A stretch of DNA of 57,523 bases from a virus (lineage: Duplodnaviria > Caudoviricetes). Location of the stretch: positions 1-57,523 of the IMG/VR virus record IMGVR_UViG_3300032268_001051, one strand, 5' to 3'. Below the pieces are notes generated by a model. It was not told where the DNA came from. It worked only from the letters and a program-made list of their open reading frames with translations, and did not search any database. Both the position numbers and the translations under genes were made by a program. Below, one piece after another: positions 10,234 to 22,300 of this stretch. The first letter of the stretch is position 1. Every line of letters begins with the position of its first letter.

Positions 10234-11616
10234 TTAAGTTGTTTTTTGCTGTGCTTCTCTTTCTTTTCTTTTTTCAAGAAGCTCCTTAACTCTATCTCTT
10301 TTTCTTTCTTCTTGTTGTTCTTCAAAACCTAAGAATGTTACTGATGATTCAGTGTCAATCTCTAACAATTCATTATTGAACTTACAGTTTTCAAAAACAA
10401 CACCGTCTTTACCAAGACGAGATTTTGTGATAGCAATTGTTGCCAAATTCATTTCCTTTTGCTGAAGAGTTTTTGCAACAGTGATGATTACGTGACCAAC
10501 CTGAGCCTTTTTAATTGACCCACCCATTTGGTCAGTCGTTACAACTTCAGAGGAAATTGAAGACCTATTACCTTGTGTAGCAGTCCATCCAACAAGATTC
10601 AATTCGTGACACATTGCCTCGAACCCTCTCATTACAGAACCTTCGGCTTTCCATTCGTCTTTCGCACTTGATTCAGGTAGAACACAATCAATATAATCCA
10701 ACAAAATTAAATCAATTTTGTTTCCGTCAGCAATCATTTTTCTAACTTGATTCTTAAGTTGATTCATGGTCATGGTATCTGAAGCAAGTTTCTTTAGGAC
10801 CAATTTGTTTTTCATTGTTTCTTGAATCTCAGTAATCTTGGACATAACCTCATCTCTGTGATTAGCAAGATTATCAGGCTCAATACCAGTCCATATCGTA
10901 AAGTGTTTTCTTTGAACAATCTTAGGGTTGTCTTCAAAAAATACTTGGAGGACGTTGTAACCCATATTGAATGCAGTATTCGCTATCTTTGTTAAGATTG
11001 TAGTCTTACCAACACCTGTTGGTGCTAAGATAACTCCAATCTCACCTCTGGCCAAACCACCTTTAAGTAGTTTGTCAATACCTGGAATTCCCATTGGAAT
11101 AGGATGACGATAGTCTTCATCTAACACGGTTTCTAATCCTGTAAAGATATCTGTTGTTCCTTTGTCTGTTTGACCTACCTGTAAAGCCTCTCTCACCAAT
11201 CCCTCAACTTTGTCATAAGATTCAAAGTCTCCTTCGGTAATAATTTTTTGTGCTCTATCCATAGCCTTCTGTAACTCTTGTTGTTTACAGAATTTCAAAG
11301 CCTTCTCCTGAACAAATACTGTTCCTTCGAACGGTGCTTCTTTAACTTGTTTTAGAGTATCCAAAACAATTTTAGCTACGAGTTCTTGTGATACTTCAGA
11401 TTTAACAATCTGTTCTAAGGTGTCAAAATTAGGGGTAGATTCATACTTCGAGAAATATTCTTTTATCATCTGAAGGATGATTTTGAAATACTTGTTATCA
11501 AAATATGAAGACTCAATTACATCCATTATAGATGATGAAAAATCCTTATCTTCTATAATTTGGTTTAATAATTGTATTTGAAACTGATTGCCTAAATAAT
11601 CGAAATTTTTATTCAT
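10234..11616 (-). CDS. Replicative DNA helicase (DnaB / T4 gp41-like)
   Basis: Walker A APTGVGKT, Walker B ILLDYID, WTATQGNR and KSRLG motifs of superfamily 4 helicases. Confidence 0.92.
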   Translation of the reverse strand: MNKNFDYLGNQFQIQLLNQIIEDKDFSSSIMDVIESSYFDNKYFKIILQMIKEYFSKYESTPNFDTLEQIVKSEVSQELVAKIVLDTLKQVKEAPFEGTVFVQEKALKFCKQQELQKAMDRAQKIITEGDFESYDKVEGLVREALQVGQTDKGTTDIFTGLETVLDEDYRHPIPMGIPGIDKLLKGGLARGEIGVILAPTGVGKTTILTKIANTAFNMGYNVLQVFFEDNPKIVQRKHFTIWTGIEPDNLANHRDEVMSKITEIQETMKNKLVLKKLASDTMTMNQLKNQVRKMIADGNKIDLILLDYIDCVLPESSAKDEWKAEGSVMRGFEAMCHELNLVGWTATQGNRSSISSEVVTTDQMGGSIKKAQVGHVIITVAKTLQQKEMNLATIAITKSRLGKDGVVFENCKFNNELLEIDTESSVTFLGFEEQQEERKRDRVKELLEKRKEREAQQKTT

Positions 11617-11650
11617 AAATTGAAACTTACCCCTCTATATTATTAAATAC

Positions 11651-12103
11651 TTACTTACTCAAATCAAATTCCAAATATTTGAAACTTAATTCGTTGTTTG
11701 AAAAAATGTCAGTTAATTCACGAAGGACATCTTTTAAAAATGGTCTTACGTCAACTGTATAACGAACTTTTGGTGGAAATTTTTTTCCGTCAAAATATCT
11801 ATGACAAATTGTCTGTTCCCCAACCTTCACATAAAGATTAAAAATCTCTGGTCCTTCAGTGAAAGAAGTGTCCATGATTTTTGGGTCATGAATAATAGAT
11901 TCTTTGTTATCCATCATGTAGATAACTGTTTTCATTTTGAGATAATAGTCGAGTTCTTCTTTGAGACCCTTAATGTATTGATACAACTCAAACGAGTTTT
12001 TTGCTTTGGGATTATACCCTCTTACATTAAAGAATCTTTGAACGACAATGTTGTCGTTTAAGGTTAGCAAAAATTCCATCTTCGTGCTGTCTTGCTCTTT
12101 CAT
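11651..12103 (-). CDS. Hypothetical phage protein
   Basis: 150 aa ORF co-oriented and tightly packed between the exonuclease and helicase genes. No motif recognised. Confidence 0.7.
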   Translation of the reverse strand: MKEQDSTKMEFLLTLNDNIVVQRFFNVRGYNPKAKNSFELYQYIKGLKEELDYYLKMKTVIYMMDNKESIIHDPKIMDTSFTEGPEIFNLYVKVGEQTICHRYFDGKKFPPKVRYTVDVRPFLKDVLRELTDIFSNNELSFKYLEFDLSK

Positions 12104-12107
12104 AGTT

Positions 12108-13109
12108 TTAATTTTTGTTTGTGTTTCGTTTTTCTTTTCGAGTTAATTTCATGAATGGTTTTAGGAAGTTTACCCAAGCCTCATCGTTTTTGGGAAGGTA
12201 ATTAAAAAGACCGTCTTCCATCATCAGTCTCATTAAGTTTTTGTATCCTCTATCGGTGGGGTCAATTGTATCGGTGTGGATTTGTTCTACAAGTTGTTTT
12301 CCTTCATTTGTGATTAGAGGTTCGTGAAGGTTAACAATTTTGGAGTTTATTCTGTAGAACTCTTCTCCAAGTATACCGCTTTTTGTCTTACCAGTCAAAA
12401 TATTTGATAAACTTTTGATAGGTTTCTTTTGCGGGATATTTCGGGCATTATCCAATAATTCTTCGACAGTGCAGGATTTTTCCAACATTTGTGGGAATAA
12501 TTTCACAAGAGTTTTTTCACCCAAACCCTCAATACCATCGATGTTATCTGATTTGTCTCCTGTAAAGATTTTACACACGGTTACATTCTGATGAGGAATG
12601 TCTACCTTGTTAATTGAAATCTTGTCACCGTTTTTGAAATATTGTTTGTAAATTGGAGAATAGATGGTAACCCTTTCTGATATCAATTGGGTTAAGTCTT
12701 TGTCTGCAGAGAATATAATAATCTTTTCTTCTGTGGCTATCTTACAATAGTGAGCAATAAGGTCATCGGCTTCATTGTTAATCATCTCAACTTGTCGCAC
12801 AAACACCTCCTCCAAATACGTCTTTACTCTTGCCTTTTGTTGCAAGTAAGACTCGTATTTGTATTCATTCATATCCTGTCTTCGGTTTCCTTTATACTGT
12901 GGATATATTGCTTTTCTAATTGAGGAATTGGAATCTCCGTCCCAAAAGACCACGACTTTGTCGTGGTTGTGTTCATCAAGGAATCGACGAAGCGTGTTAA
13001 TAAAATGATAAACACCCCCAACGTGAGCCCCATCATTATAAAGTTCTTTAACACCGTGAAAACCTATTTTGAAAAGGTTATCACCATCTACCAATAAAGT
13101 TTTAGACAC
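12108..13109 (-). CDS. 5'-3' exonuclease / flap endonuclease (T4 RNase H or Pol I N-terminal type)
   Basis: LLVDGDN, FWDG, RKAIYPQYKGNR, EADDLIA, SADKDLTQL and GDKSDNIDGIEGLGEKT motifs. Confidence 0.93.
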   Translation of the reverse strand: MSKTLLVDGDNLFKIGFHGVKELYNDGAHVGGVYHFINTLRRFLDEHNHDKVVVFWDGDSNSSIRKAIYPQYKGNRRQDMNEYKYESYLQQKARVKTYLEEVFVRQVEMINNEADDLIAHYCKIATEEKIIIFSADKDLTQLISERVTIYSPIYKQYFKNGDKISINKVDIPHQNVTVCKIFTGDKSDNIDGIEGLGEKTLVKLFPQMLEKSCTVEELLDNARNIPQKKPIKSLSNILTGKTKSGILGEEFYRINSKIVNLHEPLITNEGKQLVEQIHTDTIDPTDRGYKNLMRLMMEDGLFNYLPKNDEAWVNFLKPFMKLTRKEKRNTNKN

Positions 13110-13128
13110 ATAATTTATTTAAGGGTTA

Positions 13129-14157
13129 CTAATCTTCTCTTTCTTCTTTCAAGTCAAAGTCACCGTCTGTTCCGATAATATCTTTCCAGTATTCAGCATA
13201 CTCCTTCTTGTATTTTTCGATTGAAGCTTTCTCTTCAGACGCTTCTTTTCCTGCCAAGAACCCGTGTGGTGTAACGATGATTCTACCATCATCAAATCCT
13301 AATCCATTGATGTGATTCTTCAACACAGATACTTTACTTCTTACCGCAAACTTAACACTTCTTTTGTCTTTAGTTGCAGTAATTTTAGTTGTTCCAGCAC
13401 CTTTTTGATTACCAAATAAGAATACCAATGATGAGTTTAACCATACAGCGTTTCCACCTTTAGCCATAATCTTTGGTTGACCAAATGGATTATCAGGTAA
13501 TTCAACCCAAGGTTGATTGATGATAATCAAAGTATTTTCCCATTTAGAATCTGACTTTCTTGAACCAGAAATTCTTTGGTTGATACCCATACCAATTTTG
13601 TCTGATAACACAGAGGCGTTGTGTTGCTTACCACCTTTACCGTCATATGTCATCTTACAAGGCACAGACCCCACAGAATCCCATATAAAACATAAGCTTG
13701 GTGATTGTAAGCCATCTTCATCTTCGTAGTCTAATTCACCCTTCTGTTGAGCATCTAACAAAGAGTTGATGTAGTCGGTAATTTGTTCGATATAACTGAA
13801 GTTATTATTGAAGATGAAAAATCCACCCCAATCCATTTCTCCTGTTTCTTCGTCAACGATTTCCTCACATTCAAAACCCATAAGTTTTGCGTGGTCGAAA
13901 GACCATTTCTGTTCTGTGATGATAAACACAGGAAGAATCTTTTTCTTTTGACAGTCAACAGCCGCTTTGATTGCCGCAGTTGTCTTACCTGTATCTGAGT
14001 GACCTAAGAACATGTTCAAATGTCCAACAGCTGGACCAGGAAGTCCAACGGCATCTAAAAAATCTTCACCAAGGTCAAGGAACCTTTGAGGTTTATATTT
14101 TGCTGAAGTTGAGAACTTCTCTTTTACTTGATTAAAATTAGTCTTCTTGATTGCCAT
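13129..14157 (-). CDS. uvsX: RecA/UvsX-like recombinase
   Basis: Walker A GHSDTGKTT, Walker B FIWDSVG, IIINQ, KGGNA and KNH motifs, in a phage replication cluster. Confidence 0.85.
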   Translation of the reverse strand: MAIKKTNFNQVKEKFSTSAKYKPQRFLDLGEDFLDAVGLPGPAVGHLNMFLGHSDTGKTTAAIKAAVDCQKKKILPVFIITEQKWSFDHAKLMGFECEEIVDEETGEMDWGGFFIFNNNFSYIEQITDYINSLLDAQQKGELDYEDEDGLQSPSLCFIWDSVGSVPCKMTYDGKGGKQHNASVLSDKIGMGINQRISGSRKSDSKWENTLIIINQPWVELPDNPFGQPKIMAKGGNAVWLNSSLVFLFGNQKGAGTTKITATKDKRSVKFAVRSKVSVLKNHINGLGFDDGRIIVTPHGFLAGKEASEEKASIEKYKKEYAEYWKDIIGTDGDFDLKEERED

Positions 14158-14443
14158 TTAATATTTTTTTAATACTCGGTAATTTATTTGTTTTGTTTCG
14201 GTTGTAAAACATTGTGTCCTCTTCATATAATTTTCCAATCTCGTCCTCATGAAAGGTAATCAACTTTATTAGCATGTCATCCTCATCACCTGTTTCTTCT
14301 CTTAACATACCAAACAAAACAGTGTCACCCACTTGTTTGTTTCTACCCGAAAAATAATTTTTGTCTTTCAACTGACTGAAAAACTCGAAGGACAATGTTT
14401 TATTGTCTCTGATTTGTAATTCAATTTCTTCTTTGAAAGTCAT
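14138..14443 (-). CDS. Hypothetical protein (probable start MTFKEEIE at 14443)
   Basis: The track start (14479) lies inside a terminator hairpin. The next ATG at 14443 gives a 101 aa protein overlapping the uvsX start. Confidence 0.6.
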   Translation of the reverse strand: MTFKEEIELQIRDNKTLSFEFFSQLKDKNYFSGRNKQVGDTVLFGMLREETGDEDDMLIKLITFHEDEIGKLYEEDTMFYNRNKTNKLPSIKKILNGNQED

Positions 14444-14452
14444 ATTAGTAAT

Positions 14453-14481
14453 AATAAAATGGGTGGGGACAAACCCCACCC
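14453..14481 (-). terminator. Intrinsic terminator downstream of the SSB gene
   Basis: Perfect 8 bp GC-rich stem GGGTGGGG/CCCCACCC (14461-14481) with a 5 nt loop, followed on the minus strand by ATTTTATT. Confidence 0.75.
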
Positions 14482-14489
14482 GTTATAAA

Positions 14490-15347
14490 TTAGAATGGTA
14501 AATCTGTGTCAACTTCTGAATCTGCCTGTGGGTCAGCTATCTTTTCTTTAGATTTGCTTCCACCACCAACTGTAGTAGTTTCAACGGATGAGTCACCATA
14601 AACGTAACCACCTTTTTCACTATCCCACTTTGGAGTTTCTCCACGAGCGATTGCTTCAAGATACTCTACAGGTTTTTTAGAATAAACATCAGTCCAAGAT
14701 AATTCATCTTTAACCCAAGCATCTGCTTGTTCTTTTTCTTCGTGAACTGCTGTTGGGTCATCATACATGATTGTTGATACACTTGTGTATTCTTTACCTG
14801 CAGGTGTTTTTGATTTGGTTAACTCGATGATAAGGTCACGTCCTTTTTCAGCGTCAGTGATGTCACCTTTGTTTCTCCAAATTGGAATGATTTTATCTAA
14901 GATACCATCATTCTTGTAGTTGTGTTTAAATCTCCAAAACTTTGGACCATCTTCTTCGTGGTCTCTATCGATTACTTTTACGATATAGAATTTACGAGAC
15001 TTATATTGTTTCGCCAATTCTTTATCTGATTCTTTACCCGTTGACATCAACTCTTCGTAAACCTCATTCAAAGGTGAACGCTCGTTGTCATTTTTTCCTG
15101 GGTCATAGAACTTTTGCCATTGACCACCTACTTGGATTTCGTGATACCAAGCTTCTTTGAATGGTGACGAACCATCTTGAGTAGGAAGGATTCTTACTCT
15201 TCTTTGTCCTGATTTCTCTTTATCACCAAGGATTAAAGCGAAATACTTTTTCATTCTTTCGTCTTGCGACATTTTACTTTGGGCCCCGCCCGATGCGTTT
15301 TGTGATTTCTCATACTGTGCCAATACGGCGTCTAATACATTACTCAT
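14490..15347 (-). CDS. Single-stranded DNA-binding protein (T4 gp32-like)
   Basis: RVRILP...PF...YH, KVIDRD, DITDAEKGRDL and an acidic C-terminal tail ending DTDLPF. Adjacent to uvsX. Confidence 0.85.
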   Translation of the reverse strand: MSNVLDAVLAQYEKSQNASGGAQSKMSQDERMKKYFALILGDKEKSGQRRVRILPTQDGSSPFKEAWYHEIQVGGQWQKFYDPGKNDNERSPLNEVYEELMSTGKESDKELAKQYKSRKFYIVKVIDRDHEEDGPKFWRFKHNYKNDGILDKIIPIWRNKGDITDAEKGRDLIIELTKSKTPAGKEYTSVSTIMYDDPTAVHEEKEQADAWVKDELSWTDVYSKKPVEYLEAIARGETPKWDSEKGGYVYGDSSVETTTVGGGSKSKEKIADPQADSEVDTDLPF

Positions 15348-15379
15348 TTTTTAAATAATTAAAAGTGTTTAAATTGAAT

Positions 15380-15413
15380 TATAAATATAGTTGAAGATAA
15401 CCCTTATGTCAAA
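15380..15413 (-). promoter_or_regulatory. Promoter of the replication operon (TTGACA-N17-TATATT, overlapping TATTTATA)
   Basis: Minus strand reads TTTGACA taagggttatcttcaac TATATTTATA, 32 nt upstream of the SSB ATG. Confidence 0.7.
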
Positions 15414-15440
15414 TAAAAAAGGTCATCTTTCGATGACCTT
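15411..15440 (-). terminator. Intrinsic terminator
   Basis: Minus strand AAGGTCATC-GAAA-GATGACCTT followed by TTTTATTT, just after the stop of the 221 aa ORF. Confidence 0.8.
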
Positions 15441-15449
15441 CTAAATTTT

Positions 15450-16115
15450 TTAAGATGGTTCTTGTCCCGGTTGGAACGAGGTCCTTATATCTGTAGGATT
15501 AATGTCCTCAACTTCATCTGAAGTTAAAACATAATCTTTTTTACCTGTCTTTTCCATTTCAATTTTTTTGTCATCAAAGAAATCCGATAACTTTTGATTG
15601 AAAGGATATGAATCATAAGTTCTTAATTCTAACCTTTCTTGTGGAGTTTTTTCTCTATACTTTTCTATCTTATTTTCAATAGTATTAAGTCTATTCATTA
15701 GAGCATCCATCTCAGATAATTTCGCTTCTAACTTTGAAATTTGTCCGAAAAGGTTATTAAAATATTCATCTTGCTTTTGCTCAATATTCTTTTGAGAAGT
15801 TACAAGGTCAGTAATTTCTAACTCTTCAGTTCCACCTTCTTCTCCATCTGCAGGTTCACCTTCATCATCTAATTTCTCAACATCAGGGTCGTTCTCGATA
15901 TCGATTTTTTCAGGAGCCGCAGGAGCTGCCGGTGCTTCAGGAGCCGCAGGAGCACCTTCACCAGCACCTGTTGGGGGAATTGCTGCAGTTACTTCGTCCG
16001 CAACCGCATCTTCCGCACCAGGTATTGGTGGTAATGGAGCTTCTTGCTCACTTATGTATTTATTGATACTTTGGTATCTTTTAATTTCACTTAGAATCTT
16101 TTTATCTAAACTCAT
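15450..16115 (-). CDS. Hypothetical acidic, Pro/Ala-rich coiled-coil protein (possible head scaffold/internal protein)
   Basis: N-terminal ILSE...ISEQ, a low-complexity PAAPEAPAAP/acidic linker and a heptad-like C-terminal half. Confidence 0.55.
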   Translation of the reverse strand: MSLDKKILSEIKRYQSINKYISEQEAPLPPIPGAEDAVADEVTAAIPPTGAGEGAPAAPEAPAAPAAPEKIDIENDPDVEKLDDEGEPADGEEGGTEELEITDLVTSQKNIEQKQDEYFNNLFGQISKLEAKLSEMDALMNRLNTIENKIEKYREKTPQERLELRTYDSYPFNQKLSDFFDDKKIEMEKTGKKDYVLTSDEVEDINPTDIRTSFQPGQEPS

Positions 16116-16119
16116 TTTA

Positions 16120-16344
16120 TTATCCGTTTAATAATTGTTTTATACCGTGTGCGGTCTCAACTTTAACTTTTCTGTTGGTGTATACTTGATGTCCCGCTCT
16201 TTCTATCAATCCATCTTTTTCTCTAACAACATAACATTCGCCTGTGTCTAAATCACAAACTTCTTTTGTTCCGTTACCGTTGTCTTGTTCAGAAAATCTA
16301 ACTGATTTTCCAAGATAGTTGTCTAAGGCTGTTTTAATGTTCAT
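16120..16344 (-). CDS. Hypothetical protein
   Basis: 74 aa ORF with a CDLDTGEC motif, preceded by TATTTATA 15 nt upstream. Confidence 0.7.
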   Translation of the reverse strand: MNIKTALDNYLGKSVRFSEQDNGNGTKEVCDLDTGECYVVREKDGLIERAGHQVYTNRKVKVETAHGIKQLLNG

Positions 16345-16389
16345 AAAAAATATGTTTATTATAAATATAATGAATTCGTTAAATTACGT

Positions 16390-19300
16390 TTATATATAGT
16401 TTAATGGTGGGGTTAAAGTAATATCAGATGTGTTATTACTACTTTCAAGAACAATATTAACTTGAACACCTGGTATGGCATTAGTTAAAGTTGGAACTGA
16501 AAACTTAATTTTAGTTGTTCCAATTAATTGGATTGACCTTACGTCTACTGGTTGGTTATCAACAGTTATACTTGTCACAAATTCTAAGTTTGTTCCGTTT
16601 ACCGTAATGATTGTTCCCGCAGCTGCCGAGGTTGGTGAATAAGACGAAACTGTTGTTGGCGGACAAGTTGGTGTCGGAGCTGGTGTATTTCCTTGACTTT
16701 GAGTTGTTTGTGGTGTTTGTCGTTGTTCAACAACAATTCCACCGTTCAATCCATTTCGAGCAGCATTTAATGCCGCAGCATTAAACAATGGAGTAAACTC
16801 TTTCACATATCTCTGTTTATCCTTTTCATAGTCTTCAGTTTTCATAGTGTCAACAGGAAAAGATGTTACATAATATTTCAATAATCCTCCTTGGTCTTGT
16901 ATTTCGTTAATTCTCGGACCAATGATATTTTTCATGTAGGTTAAATAAGCATTTAAATCTTTGAATCTAGCAGCAGGTAACTGTTTGATACCTCCTAAAG
17001 TTTTGGTATTAACACAGAAAAAACTGTTTTGGACAAAGTTTTCTGTTTGTGAATAATTGTCTTTATCCAAAGTGATGACGCCAAAGTTGTTTTCCCAACT
17101 TGAAAATTGCCCAGCGTCTGAAAGACTTTTAGCATATCCCCTAACGTAAGTTATGATATATATTGCGGTTTGTAATGCAACATTATTTGGTGCTGAGGCC
17201 TTAATCGCATTTGCAAATTCTAATTGACTTAATTTTGTTTCAGTAGCACCAGTTGTAACCCATGAAATATAAGATGAATTTAAGTTAGCACTACATGAGT
17301 TTTGAGCCGCCAAGGTATTCTCGTCAGCATCTTGAACAACATTATTAGCAATTGATTGTGTTGTGGTTCCTTGTGTAGTTGGTTGGTCTGTTTTGTTTAC
17401 TACTAACGCTTCAATTTGGGTTAATAGATTTTGATTGATTGCTTGAATAAAATTGTCAATAGGAGGTAAATCATAAACACCTTGTCTAACACCTTCAAAT
17501 TCTGTAACGAAGTTACCAGCACTTATCGAGTGTGATACACTTGTAATCATGTAAGGACCATTAAACATTGGAACGTGTCTCAAATTAAAATACATAGTTG
17601 GTTGAATTAAAGCATTGCCTAACGCAGTAACACTACAAGTATAACTTCTACCTTTATAGTAATTGTATAAACTTGCGTTCTGATTACCTACAGTTCTTGT
17701 GTTTGTTTGATTAGCCATTTCAAGAACTGACTGAATCGATTCAGAGGTTGCCTTTCCGTTGTCTTGTCCAACACTGAATGATGAGAATATGTTTTGGTTT
17801 CTAATACCTATATCAACATTGAATCCAACACATTTATTAGAAATTGCATAATCTTTTTTCCCTGATTGGTTTTCAAGTAATGGAACTTCACTACTTCTTC
17901 TAAACTCAAATGAGTCATCACCATATCCCGAAACAATGTTTGGTAAATTCAAATGACCCGATGGTTTACCAACATAGAAACAAACCATTTTTGGTCCTGA
18001 CTTTCTATAGTCAACATTTCTAAATGTCCCCCAAAGATTATCAGCAAATTCTAAAGACCCTTCAGGATTTGGAACTGTTACCCCATCAACATCCTGAACG
18101 TTATAGAAATTTACATAGGCCGGTAAAGGCATCACCGTGAAATTATTCTTCATTAACATTCCACTTATTAATGTATAGACAGACATACCCTCATTAAGAT
18201 AATTCTTATTCAACATGTTTTTAATGTCAAAAATGTCTAAGATGATTGTATCTCCGATGTTTCTTGAAGCTCTATCAAGGAATAATATATCTTCAAAAAG
18301 TGTTTTTGTTTTGTAATCTGAACCAGCAACCCACTTGTCATTCAATGTTTTGAATACTTCATAGGTCTCAACTTTACCTTGCATACTCTGAACTTGGGAG
18401 TTGATTTGTGCTTCTGTTGGTTGATTCACATTCGGTAGTGCGGCTTTGAATCCTGCAATCAATTGGTTCAATAATAAATTTTGATACGTATCAAGACCAT
18501 TTAAGTAGGTGTTTAACTGACCTTTGAATGTAGATGCGTTTAGACTCGGGTTCAAAAGTTTCTGTGTCGCATACATCTTTATTAGTTTTGAACACAGAGC
18601 AATGTTTTCAACCGTAAATCCAATGTTATTATCAACAAAGAAATCTGTAATATAAGAACCACTATCTTTATACCTCAATCGGTCTATGGTTGAAAATCCA
18701 ACTTCTTTCTCTAACGCTTTCCACTCATTTGGATATCTTTGTCTTGACTGAGCTAATGTAACAGTTCCACCTAATGTTGGAACACTATTCAAGGTGTATG
18801 GTGTGAAATTTATTGGACTTATTACTCTTTGAACAGTATTCTGATAACTTACATAAGAATCAAATATTCTTCTGCTGTAGTTTGACGGATTACCGTTCCT
18901 AAGGATTACATCATACTGCATGAACCCTTTAATTTGGGAATTAAAGTTGTCAAATTGTTTTGTTATAGTATCTTGGAAAAGTGTCTCCACTCTATTACTT
19001 GGAGCTGTTGGAAATACTGTCATCGTGCTCCTCATAAAGCTTTGGAAATTTCTAAAGTTTGAATCCATCTGAATAACAGTAGCATCTATCGTAGATTGAT
19101 TTACTCTATATGATACGTTTGTAATAGGTTTACAATAATTCAAAAACTCTTGTTCCATTAAGTTAAGTGTCTTAGCATCGAACACCCCAAAAATCTCTTC
19201 AATTTTACTATAACCTTCAACAGGGTTTAAAAACATTGGAGACACAGATGAACCTGATGGAATAAAAGTCATGTATTCGTCATATGATGGTTTTGTTATT

Positions 19301-22300
19301 TCATCTGAATTGAAGTATCCGTAGTTAGGTGCAGACCATAAACTTCTTACCGACCCATTATACATCGATGGGTTGAATGTTAAATTAACCACGGTATTAG
19401 CTTGAGTGTCTTTATTTAAACATTCAAATTTACTTTGGTTTATGTTTACCCCAAACGATGGAATAACATAATAATCATTATCCAATTGTGATGTGGCTGC
19501 TGGTATACAGACATTCGGAGTTGTGAAAGAATCATTAATATTTTTTGGTATCAAGATTGACCACGTAGCCAAAGAAAGACTCACTCCATTTTGAGATGTG
19601 TTAAAATTTGAATTTGGAAACTGATATAACAACATACCATCGTTGATAGATGATTGTATTTCTGATGATGTGTAATTTTTATAAAGATTTATACCATTAT
19701 AAAAATAGTTGAAATCATTTACCAATTTTGGATAAAAACCTGGTTGAATTTTAATTTGTTGGGTATTTTGTGTTTGTAGTTGGATTGAAATTGTGTTTGT
19801 TGTATCCTTTAACTTAACATCATATTGTTTACCTACGTTGTTTGTTACTGGGTCGTAGTTATTGATGTAGTCAAAGTTTTTCCACACACTATCCAAGATA
19901 TCCACCCTATCATCAACATATTTCTTATATCTGTGCCAAACAGAACCTAACTTAAGAACCCAAGCATAAGGCATTTTGTGTATTGCACCGAATTTGTTAA
20001 ATACTGAAGCAATATAATCTAATTCCGTTTGTTGACCATTGGTCTTATATTTTTCCTTCAAAGTCCCTAACGGAAGCGAGTTCAAAAATAAATAAGCCGC
20101 TGTCACATATGGATAAGTGCTACCTGTTCTATCACTTTCAACACCTTCTTGAATCGCGTTTATGAAATATGGTGTATTAATTATTGATGTTGATTTTTTA
20201 GCAGGCATCGCTCCTGATGGCGAACTATAACGACTGAATCCCTCAGTTGGTATGAACTGATTAGGATTTCTTGTATCATAAAAATCTTTAAGATTTTGTT
20301 GAGTGGTCTCAATTGGTTGAACTAAGAAACTAGGTTGGCTGACATTTAGATATGAAAAGTTTGTGACAGGTCTGTTAGTTGTATAATCGTAAATGTTTTC
20401 AAAATTAGAAAGTTGGTTTCTATCAGGAAAAACTTTCAAACTTTTGTTTGTTCCATAAACTTGTTGTTGCTGACTCGACTGACTGTTCGCTAAATTTGTT
20501 GAAGACCAAACATAGTCCCTGAAAGGATATGTATCAATAATTAACGGGTCGTTCGGAGCCTCTTTAGCTAACTGTAATAATTCACCTCTATTCACATTAA
20601 CTTGTGGTTCTAAACCTAACTCGTCGGTTCCTAAAATTCTGAATGGTGTCTCAACTTCACTCTTAATATAAGGAGTGATAAAAAAATCTCTAATAAAATC
20701 TTGCCAAGACTTTCCTGTTCCAAAATTTGAATAATTACTAAGATAAGTTGTAAAGTTGGTTGAGGTGTAAGGCTCATTTTTCAGATTGAATGCTAAGAGT
20801 GGTGCACTTGTTCCTACCGAAACAACAATATTACTTGTATCTGCGGTTTTGTTTAAGTTAACAATTTGATTTTGTTGATTTGCAGTCCCTCTTATGTAAT
20901 TGGAATAATGTGATGTCACAAATTGTCTTTCCCATATTTCATATAAAAACTTGAGTATTTCCTTATTGGAAAACGGAACATTCGACTGAGGATATTCTAT
21001 TGCATTTATGCTAACCAAAGGAGTTGTTTGTTGACTTGCTATTGGTGTTTGAGATGTTGGCACCGAAAACTTTTGGTTAAGTCCTTTCATATACTCTTCC
21101 ACGAACTCAACTTCAGGCCATGTTTGAAACAAATATCCCTGTGTTATATCTACAACCGAAGGGTCTCCAATATACGTTAATTGAAATCTACCTTTTTTAT
21201 CGTCTGGTGATTCTTTGAAGAAGGAAGGCCAAGGGTATACCGGTTCTTCCGCGGTGGATAATCCCTGATTTAGGGTTGCGGCATTTCTGGCAATACTCAC
21301 ATTTTTTCTTACCTCAATATTTGGTGCTGAAGATACATTATTCTGAACCACTTGTTTTCTGATTGGGTCATTTTTAACATTCCAAGCATTACTGTGAACT
21401 TCGTCCATTAATCTTAAGAAACCTTCAGCATTAGCCATAATAACCGCAATGATATTTCTAGCTGTTGGATTAAATCCAATTCCTAACGATTGACTTTGAA
21501 TACGATTTTTTAAATCTTCTGTTATTGCCGCTTCAAACTCTTGAAGTTTTCTATTTGCCTCAGTAAGAATCTGACTCATAGTTTGGATGAATCTATTCTT
21601 ACCCTCAAAAACATATAAAGGTGGTGATGTTTTGCTTGATGACCCGTTCACCTTTTCTTCCCTCGGAGTTAACTTTAATTCAATTTCTTGTTTAACTTGT
21701 TGAGTCTGTCCCGAGCTTGGTGTTGCTACATTAAAAAATTGTATTGCAGTTTTGGGTAAATTAACATTAGCAATGTTTAATGTTTCAACGAGTTTTTCAT
21801 ACCCCAAGTTATTTAACTTAATCTCGGCAGGTTTATTTAAACCTAATGTTGGATTCTCGGTTAAAATTGAGATATACTTTGTGAATATACTTTTCAACTC
21901 AGTAATTGCCACTTCCTCTTGGGTTAGATTATTAAACAAGTTACTTTTGAAAAAATAAACTTTGGTGTTGTCATCTAAAACAATTGGCTTTGGGTCAAGA
22001 TACTTGTAAGACCAGCTACTATTTGTCCCAAATACCGCAGTCTGAAATTCAGTTGCTGCCTTAACATAATTTCTCACATTTGTTAATGGTTCTACATTTA
22101 CCTTCGGATATGAGTTTACAATCTCCTGTTGGAATGTATCGAATTTGTTTATTAACTGCATCAGAGTTAACTCAGGAAAATCCGGTTGTATCAATCCTTT
22201 TGACTTATATTCACTGTAAACTTCAACTATTTTTTGGTATCCTTTCTCAGATACAAAACTAGCAGAAGTGCTTACCGACGCTTTAGATGGGTCAGTATTA

